This document shows, one piece after another, positions 57,801 to 64,000 of a stretch of DNA of 64,000 nucleotides. The DNA is from Candidatus Latescibacterota bacterium. Its GTDB lineage: Bacteria > Latescibacterota > UBA2968 > UBA8231. The position numbers were made by a program, and so were the translations under genes. The stretch is taken from the NCBI GenBank assembly GCA_965248265.1, contig CBDFJF010000002.1, positions 2,560,001-2,624,000 of the forward strand, in the 5' to 3' direction. Position 1 is the first letter of the stretch. The number at the start of each line of letters is the position of its first letter. The notes beneath the pieces are model-generated. The model saw only the letters and a program-made list of their open reading frames with translations, searched no databases and was not told the origin of the DNA.

Positions 57801-59767
57801 CTACTGAAACGGTACCGGTACCCCGTCGCTGTGCCATGGAAAGGCGTAGCTGGGGTCGTTCACGAACCGACGCAGGCCGGCCTGAATCCGAACGGACGTC
57901 GACGGCGGCAACCGGACTTCGAAGTACTTGCCATCAACGTTGACCGTCGTTTCGCCGTGTTGGACGGTCGTGAACTGGTGCTCTGCGAAGGCGCCCGCCT
58001 GCACGATCAGGGATCGAGCTTCGCTTCTGCTCAGGTTCGTCAACTGAATGCCTACCCCGTCAGCAGACAGCTTGTCGACGAGGGCTCCGACATCCGCCGG
58101 CAGGCCAGGACGGACCAGGTCCTTGTCGAAGTAGCGCACCGTTCCTCGCAGTAGACCCCATGGTATACTGAGTGCGGTGAGCCCAGCATGGTCTGGGTCA
58201 ACACCTTCGTGACCACCGGGTTGGGCGGTTCCTCGTTGGCGGCTATGATGGCGGGGACGTCACGATCGTCGGCCATCAGACGAGCATGACGGTCGAGGGC
58301 CTGCTGGTACTGGGCTGTGAGCGCTTTTTCGGGCCAGTCCGGGTTCAGGCCTTCGTAATATTGAAAGCGGCTGTACTCGGTCTGCCAGTCGGCTCTTTCG
58401 TCGCCATGGAAGGTGACCTCGTTCCAATCCCGCTCCTTGTCACCCTCCCGCAGCTGGATAATGGTCGCACGATCCTCCTCCGAGAACGTCATGTGATAGA
58501 GATGGGCGGGCTCGTAGACGCGCAGGGATGAGGGCGGGTTCATGACCGGATCCGGGTCACCCCCCCGGTACCATCCCTCGGGCGTGATCCGCACCGGCGT
58601 CAGCAGGTGGCCGTCTTCCCGAGTTTCGGAATTATCGATTAGCGTTCTGATCGACGTCCGCATCATCTCGGTGTAACTGAAGTCGCCAGTGAGCAGCACG
58701 GCACATTCGGTGGCCAGGTTGAGCGAGTGGAACAGGCGGTGGTAGCCGTAGCCGCTGTTCCAACCGTACAGACCGCCGTACCACACGCCCTCGCGTTGCT
58801 CGCCGATTTTGCCGGTGGGACCGACGTTGTCGGGGATGATGCCGTTGTTCTGGCGGGTGCGTTCTGCCCATGCGCCGACGTAGTCGAGTACCCATTGCTT
58901 GTATTTCGGATCACCGGTGTACAGGTAGGCGTTGGTGACCAGTCCGGTCGCCGACAGGTTGGCGGCGATGTCGCCGTTGAGGATGATGTTGTTGAACAGG
59001 CCGAGGATCTTCTCCGCTTTCTCCGGGTCGTCCCACCAGCCGAACTGCAGGTCTTTGACGATCGGGTAGAGGCTGGAGCGAGTACCCGGCTTGCGGGGTT
59101 TCCAGGCCGGGTTGTTCACGGACGTGCCGCCATGGAGGTAATCCATGGCCTCGTTCAGCGTCGCTTTGTGGTAAGGCCCCTGGCTGCTGTTGATCGGAGA
59201 CCGAATGATCTTGTGTTTGGGGTCGTAGTTAGGGGCCTCCGGGTCCTCTCCGATGTACATCCCAGCAAATCGTCTAGCCCGGCGGGCGTTTTCAGAAATC
59301 GTCGGGTCTGCCACGCCGAAGTCGTAGAACGCCATGTTGCCTTCACCCATGTGATGCCACTCGGCGTCTCCGGGGTGGGCCAGGCTGAAGTACTCGTTGT
59401 GGATGCTGTACTTGAGGGTCTTCGGCGCCCCGTGGGTGTACTCAAGATGATTGGCGCGATTGCCGTCGCGGTCGTCGAACAGTCGGTTGGTCGCATTCCA
59501 ATGCTTCAAGGCCAGGTCGACGAGGTGCTCGCCGCCTCCGAGGGCGTAGAGCAGACACCAGTTGCCGGACCTCTCGTAGTAATCATCCATGTCGTCGGAC
59601 CAGTACCAGGTTCCGGCGCGGTCGGCGTACTTCAAGCTCATGACCGGCGCCGCGTTTTCCATAAGGCTGATGAGCTTGCGCTGCAGCAGCGCCCAAGTGG
59701 GTGGGGCTCCGATGTTGGAGGCGGTCACGCTGGGCATTTCCGGCATGGTGTTCGTAGAATTTGGCAC
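57801..59767 (-). pseudogene. Family X paralog X5, split by a 1-nt deletion (real or sequencing error)
   Basis: 58052..59767 and 57801..58139 join as YHGGLLRGTVRYFD if the G4 run at 58156-58159 were G5; closest by eye to X4. Confidence 0.85.
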
Positions 59768-59941
59768 GAGAATTCTCCTGTCCGGGTTTGTTCACGTTGG
59801 AGCAGACCCGGCCAATAATGGCTATGTACCAGGTGATTGGCAATGGATCAGACTCCGTGAGATCACCAGATCGGGCACTCCGATTCCGCTGTTTCCAGAC
59901 TCGATCGACCTCGGCGGGACGATCGTCTCGACGTTGCAGTG

Positions 59942-60643
59942 CTACACCGTCAGGTGTCCTTTCAGCGTCGAGTCATCCGCCGCCACCTCTGCCGAGCTGG
60001 CGGAGTAGCGAATGGTTCCCCTCTCCATGACATGCACTCGATCACTCAGGTCGAGAGCAAACTTGAGATTCTGCTCTGCCAATAGAATCGACAGCCCCGT
60101 CTGCTTCAATGACGCGAGCCGCTCCAGCATCGAAGCAACCACCATCGGTGCCAGTCCCTCTGACGGTTCGTCCAGCAACAGCAGATTCGGGTTGCCCATC
60201 AGGCAGCGACCGATGGCCAGCATCTGCTGCTGACCGCCGCTGAGGACCCCACCAGGTCGGTCTGCGATCGGTCGGAGGTCGGGGAACAACTCATACACTG
60301 AGGACTCGCTCCAGTCAGAGCTTGCCGACGACTTCCGTGCGATTCGCAGATTGTCGCTGACGCTCATCTCGGGAAAAATGCGTCTGTCCTCCGGGACGTA
60401 GCCGATCCCCAAACGGGCGATGCGATGTGCCGGCTTCCCGGCTATCGTCCTGCCATCCCACGTGATGGTCCCACTGCGCGGCGGCGTTAGCCCCATGATG
60501 CTGCGCATGGTCGTCGTCTTGCCGACACCGTTCCTGCCCATGAGGGCGACCACCTCGCCCTCACCCACATCCAGCGTGACACCGAACAACACGCGGCTCA
60601 TGCCGTATGAGGTGTGAAGGTCGCTCACTTCCAACCGCGCCAT
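59942..60643 (-). CDS. livF: Branched-chain amino acid-type ABC transporter ATP-binding protein
   Basis: GRNGVGKT, VPEDRRIF, LSGGQQQMLAI, LLDEPSEGLAP. Confidence 0.9.
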   Translation of the reverse strand: MARLEVSDLHTSYGMSRVLFGVTLDVGEGEVVALMGRNGVGKTTTMRSIMGLTPPRSGTITWDGRTIAGKPAHRIARLGIGYVPEDRRIFPEMSVSDNLRIARKSSASSDWSESSVYELFPDLRPIADRPGGVLSGGQQQMLAIGRCLMGNPNLLLLDEPSEGLAPMVVASMLERLASLKQTGLSILLAEQNLKFALDLSDRVHVMERGTIRYSASSAEVAADDSTLKGHLTV

Positions 60644-61374
60644 CAGGCGTCTCCCAGATAAATCCGTCGGACTTCTGGATTGTCACGAATTTCTTGCGGC
60701 CGGCCCGAGGCGATCAACTCGCCGTGATCGAGCACTGAAATGCGGTCGGCAATGCCGAACACCACATCCATGTCGTGCTCGGTGAAGAGCAGACTCAGAC
60801 CGCGCGCTCCCTGAATGCGTTTGATGAGCCCGGTGGCCTGCCGGGTCTCGTCCGCCGACATGCCGGCGGTAGGCTCGTCGAGCAACAGCACTCGTGGCTC
60901 CGCTGCCAGTGCGATCGCCAATTCCAGCTGCTTCTGCTGCCCATAGGCCAGTTCCCCGGCGATGCGATCGACTTCCGCCGTCAACCCGACGATGGTCAGC
61001 AGTTCACGGGCTTCACGCTGTTGCTTGCCGGTACCACCAAACAGGCGTAACTGCTGCCGCTTTCGTGCAATCACTGCCGCTTGCACACAGGCCACTGCTG
61101 TGAGGCGCGGAAAAACATTGATGTGCTGGAAGGATCGCGCAATGCCGTGACGGACGATCTGGTATGGGCGCAAACCGGTCAGTGGCTGCCCGAAAAATCG
61201 CACCGTGCCCTGATCGGCCTGCAGATGCCCGGTGATGAGATTGAAGAACGTCGTTTTGCCCGCCCCGTTGGGGCCGATGATGGCGTGTGTTTCCTCAGGT
61301 TCGACCCGCAGACTGACATTCCGAACAGCACGGAAGCCGTCGAAACTCTTGCTGAGACCTTCGATTTCGAGCAC
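60643..61374 (-). CDS. livG: Branched-chain amino acid-type ABC transporter ATP-binding protein
   Basis: GPNGAGKTT, IARSFQ, LAYGQQK, LLDEPTAGM, V...YLG. Confidence 0.9.
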   Translation of the reverse strand: MLEIEGLSKSFDGFRAVRNVSLRVEPEETHAIIGPNGAGKTTFFNLITGHLQADQGTVRFFGQPLTGLRPYQIVRHGIARSFQHINVFPRLTAVACVQAAVIARKRQQLRLFGGTGKQQREARELLTIVGLTAEVDRIAGELAYGQQKQLELAIALAAEPRVLLLDEPTAGMSADETRQATGLIKRIQGARGLSLLFTEHDMDVVFGIADRISVLDHGELIASGRPQEIRDNPEVRRIYLGDA

Positions 61375-61376
61375 GG

Positions 61377-62303
61377 CTATTGACCCCTGGAACCGCCGGT
61401 CCGGATCCGTCGGATCAGACCGATGAGTCCGTCAGGGGCGATGAGGACGACGAACAACAGGATGGAACCCAGGACGGCAGGCCAGTACTCGGTGTACTGG
61501 TTGGCCAGCACGTCGAGCAGGTAGAGGAGCGCAGCGCCGAGGGCCGGTCCGAAGAAGGAATACATGCCGCCGAGGAGAACCATGATCAGAACCTGCGCCG
61601 ATTCCGGCCAGAAGGCGGACTCGACGTACATGCCTCTGTTGTACATCGCGAACAGTGCACCAGCAATGCCGGCGAAGGTGCCCGCAACCACGAACGCGGC
61701 CAGCCTCAACAGACGAGTATTGATCCCGACGAACTCGGCACGCAGGGCATTCTCGCGAATGGCGGTGAGGACGCGTCCGAAGGGGGACCGGCATATCATC
61801 CACAGAGCGGCGATTGAAGCCCACACCACCACCTGGCAGAAGTAGTAGAACATGGTCCGCGACTTCAGCAGCTGCGGCAGCGTGACACCCACGAAGCCGT
61901 CGTCCCCGCCGGTGAGGGAGCGCCATTTGAATGCCACTGACCAGACCAGCATGGCGAAGGCCAGCGTCAGCATGGCAAAGTAGATATCAGTCAGGCGCAC
62001 GCAGAAAAAACCGATGATGGCGGCGCACACGGCGCTGAACAGCACCGCGGCCGGCAAGCTGGCATAGATAGGCCACTCATACGAGGTCAGCAGAATGGCG
62101 CAGGCGTAGCCGCCGATGGCGAAGTAGGCGGCATGTCCGAACGAAAGGTTGCCGGCGTACCCGACGAGCACGTTCAGGCTCATGGCGAAGAGCGCGTAGA
62201 TGGCGATCTCCGTCGTCAGGTCGATGAGGTAATCCGATCCGCCAAGCGGAACGCCCAGCATCAGAGCAACCCCGGCAGCTATTGAAACCTTGCGGGCGTT
62301 CAT
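61377..62303 (-). CDS. livM: Branched-chain amino acid-type ABC transporter permease
   Basis: SLNVLVGYAG.LSFGHAAYF, IYFAMLTLAF, SPFGR.L.AIREN; start MNARK at 62303. Confidence 0.88.
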   Translation of the reverse strand: MNARKVSIAAGVALMLGVPLGGSDYLIDLTTEIAIYALFAMSLNVLVGYAGNLSFGHAAYFAIGGYACAILLTSYEWPIYASLPAAVLFSAVCAAIIGFFCVRLTDIYFAMLTLAFAMLVWSVAFKWRSLTGGDDGFVGVTLPQLLKSRTMFYYFCQVVVWASIAALWMICRSPFGRVLTAIRENALRAEFVGINTRLLRLAAFVVAGTFAGIAGALFAMYNRGMYVESAFWPESAQVLIMVLLGGMYSFFGPALGAALLYLLDVLANQYTEYWPAVLGSILLFVVLIAPDGLIGLIRRIRTGGSRGQ

Positions 62304-63199
62304 TCCGGTTGCTGTGCCCCGGGGGACTGCGAAAACAGTCCCCATGGACGCCACAACAGGATCGCCAGCATCAGGACGTAGGGCAGCACCAGCTCCCACT
62401 CGGGTACCAACACGGTTCCGAAGGTCATGAGGAATCCGAGGATCAAGGCCCCGACAAAACTGCCCCAAAGGGATCCCAAACCGCCGATGATGACGATGAT
62501 GAAACACTCGACAATCAGGGTCGCCTCCATGCCCGGCGCAACCGCGACGCGAGGGGCGGCCAGGGCCCCGCCCACACCGGCCAGAGCGGAGCCGCCGATG
62601 AATACGAGGGTGTAGACCATCGGCACGTTGACTCCAAGCGCGGACAGCATTTCACGGTCCTGCGTGGCAGCTTTGATCAGGCGGCCCCACCGGCTGCGCT
62701 CGATCAGCAGCCACAGCAGCACGGCGATGACGGGTCCGACGGCGCACAAGAAGAGCAGGTAGGACGGGTAAAAGGTGATGCCGAGATTGATCGCCCCGTT
62801 CAACCCCGCGGGGTAGGAGACGCTGTGTTGGTCGGTGCCCCAGATCATTTTGACCAGGTCGCCGAGCAGCAGCACCAGGGCGAAGGTGAACAGCAGCTGC
62901 ATCAGATGCTCGCGCTCGTAGAGATGTCGCAGCAGCAGGCGTTCGATCACCAGAGCCAACAGAGCGAGAGCGGCCGCCGCGGCCGCGACTCCGAGCCAGA
63001 ACGCGGCCGGCGATGTCATCTGCGAAACGACGCTGTAGCAGACATAGGCGCCAATCATGAAAAAAGCGCCGTGAGCGAAATTGATCACCCGCAGTACACC
63101 GAAAATGAGGGTCAGCCCTGAGGCGATTATGAACAGATTCATCCCCAGAGAAACGGAGTTCAACAACTGAATCAGGAGAAAGGCCGGGTTTGAAAGCAT
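62300..63199 (-). CDS. livH: Branched-chain amino acid-type ABC transporter permease
   Basis: GLTLIFGVLRVINFAHG, IIGGLGS, RPWGLF. Confidence 0.9.
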   Translation of the reverse strand: MLSNPAFLLIQLLNSVSLGMNLFIIASGLTLIFGVLRVINFAHGAFFMIGAYVCYSVVSQMTSPAAFWLGVAAAAAALALLALVIERLLLRHLYEREHLMQLLFTFALVLLLGDLVKMIWGTDQHSVSYPAGLNGAINLGITFYPSYLLFLCAVGPVIAVLLWLLIERSRWGRLIKAATQDREMLSALGVNVPMVYTLVFIGGSALAGVGGALAAPRVAVAPGMEATLIVECFIIVIIGGLGSLWGSFVGALILGFLMTFGTVLVPEWELVLPYVLMLAILLWRPWGLFSQSPGAQQPE

Positions 63200-63209
63200 C
63201 CCTGGTGCG

Positions 63210-64000
63210 CTAGTCGCCGGGGATGTAGGTGACTGGATCCATTACCCGGAAATCGAACTGGTCTGAACGCTTCATCGGTCCCCAGAACTGCCCGGTGTTG
63301 GCCTGGTGCGTATCCGGATTGATGGTGCGCCGTCCCACGGGAGTGTCGATGCTGAGCCCCTTGAACGCGGCTGAGAGCGCGTCGGGATCAGTACTCCCCG
63401 CCTTTTCTATTGCCGCTGCGATGAACTTCACCCCGATGTAGCCCAGGGTCGGCCAGCTTGGTGTGTGTGGCGTGTCGAAGCGCTTTGCCAGGCTTTCCTG
63501 AAACGACGCATGCAAGGGTGAGTTGCTGTGGTACCACAGTTCATAGGCGTTGGTCCAGACGTTGTCCGGGAAGTCGCCCTTCATTTCGCTGGCTATCTCA
63601 TGGGAGCCGATCTCGCCTCCCGTCACGTAGGTGACGCGGTCGAACAAACCGAAGGGTCGGCCCTGCTGAGCGATGTTGATGAATGCGGCCCCCCACAATC
63701 CGCTGGCGACGCAGTCGCAATCCGAACCGATTACCTGGGCTATGTAGGCGTTGTAATCCGTGGTTCCCAGTTTGATCTTGAGATCCAGGACGATCTCTGC
63801 CTCCGGAGCTTCGGTGGTCAGGGCCCGCTTGAAGCCGGCGCCCAGATCGTGACCGTAGGCGTAGTCGAACTGCAGGTGGCAGATTTTGCGCCCTCCGACC
63901 TTGCCGACGACGCGCGCGATACCGCGTCCTTCGGTGTCGGTATTGGCCGCCGTGCGAAACACATAATCGTGCTTCTTGGTCGTCGAAAGCTGGATGGTTT
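63210..64000 (-). CDS. ABC transporter substrate-binding protein (LivK-like), 5' end outside the window
   Basis: YVFRTAANT, DYAYG, DYNAYI, AAIEKAGSTD, DTPVG. Confidence 0.85.
   Translation of the reverse strand, partial: TIQLSTTKKHDYVFRTAANTDTEGRGIARVVGKVGGRKICHLQFDYAYGHDLGAGFKRALTTEAPEAEIVLDLKIKLGTTDYNAYIAQVIGSDCDCVASGLWGAAFINIAQQGRPFGLFDRVTYVTGGEIGSHEIASEMKGDFPDNVWTNAYELWYHSNSPLHASFQESLAKRFDTPHTPSWPTLGYIGVKFIAAAIEKAGSTDPDALSAAFKGLSIDTPVGRRTINPDTHQANTGQFWGPMKRSDQFDFRVMDPVTYIPGD

Noticed and set aside
17349-59818. Other long antisense ORFs (17349..18350, 18387..19391, 25949..26944, 51400..52656, 58727..59818)
   Set aside because: Overlap motif-supported genes on the opposite strand and show no motifs of their own
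1-64000. IS, integrase, prophage, tRNA, rRNA or riboswitch explaining the mosaic
   Set aside because: None recognisable by eye; an Infernal/Rfam and ISfinder search would be needed to exclude weak cases

Overview
GC-rich bacterial window with no rRNA, tRNA, CRISPR or transposase visible. The gene content (several PhyH dioxygenases, Gfo/Idh/MocA oxidoreductases, GH10-like TIM barrels, sulfatase, TonB-dependent receptor) resembles marine or sponge-associated Latescibacterota/Poribacteria-type genomes; this is an inference, not a placement. Left end (1-7.8 kb): a sigma54 signalling locus. The operon runs NtrC-type activator, sensorless histidine kinase, REC-zinc-ribbon, zinc-ribbon-TPR, zinc-ribbon-FHA. 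It is flanked by two -24/-12 promoters, one of which (with an IHF site and candidate enhancer palindromes) precedes a poly-Asp, ZU5-like (HFS motif) lipoprotein and a STAND ATPase-TPR gene. Most of the remainder is a mosaic of catabolic modules, dominated by five paralogs of a ~660-680 aa family I cannot assign (family X here). Two are directly paired with related Gfo/Idh/MocA oxidoreductases and one has a 1-nt frameshift. Also present: Fe/2OG-type enzymes lacking the canonical HxD carboxylate, a gsmt-sdmt-BCCT glycine betaine cluster, a liv-type ABC transporter, and at least eight pseudogenes or gene remnants, mostly at module junctions.
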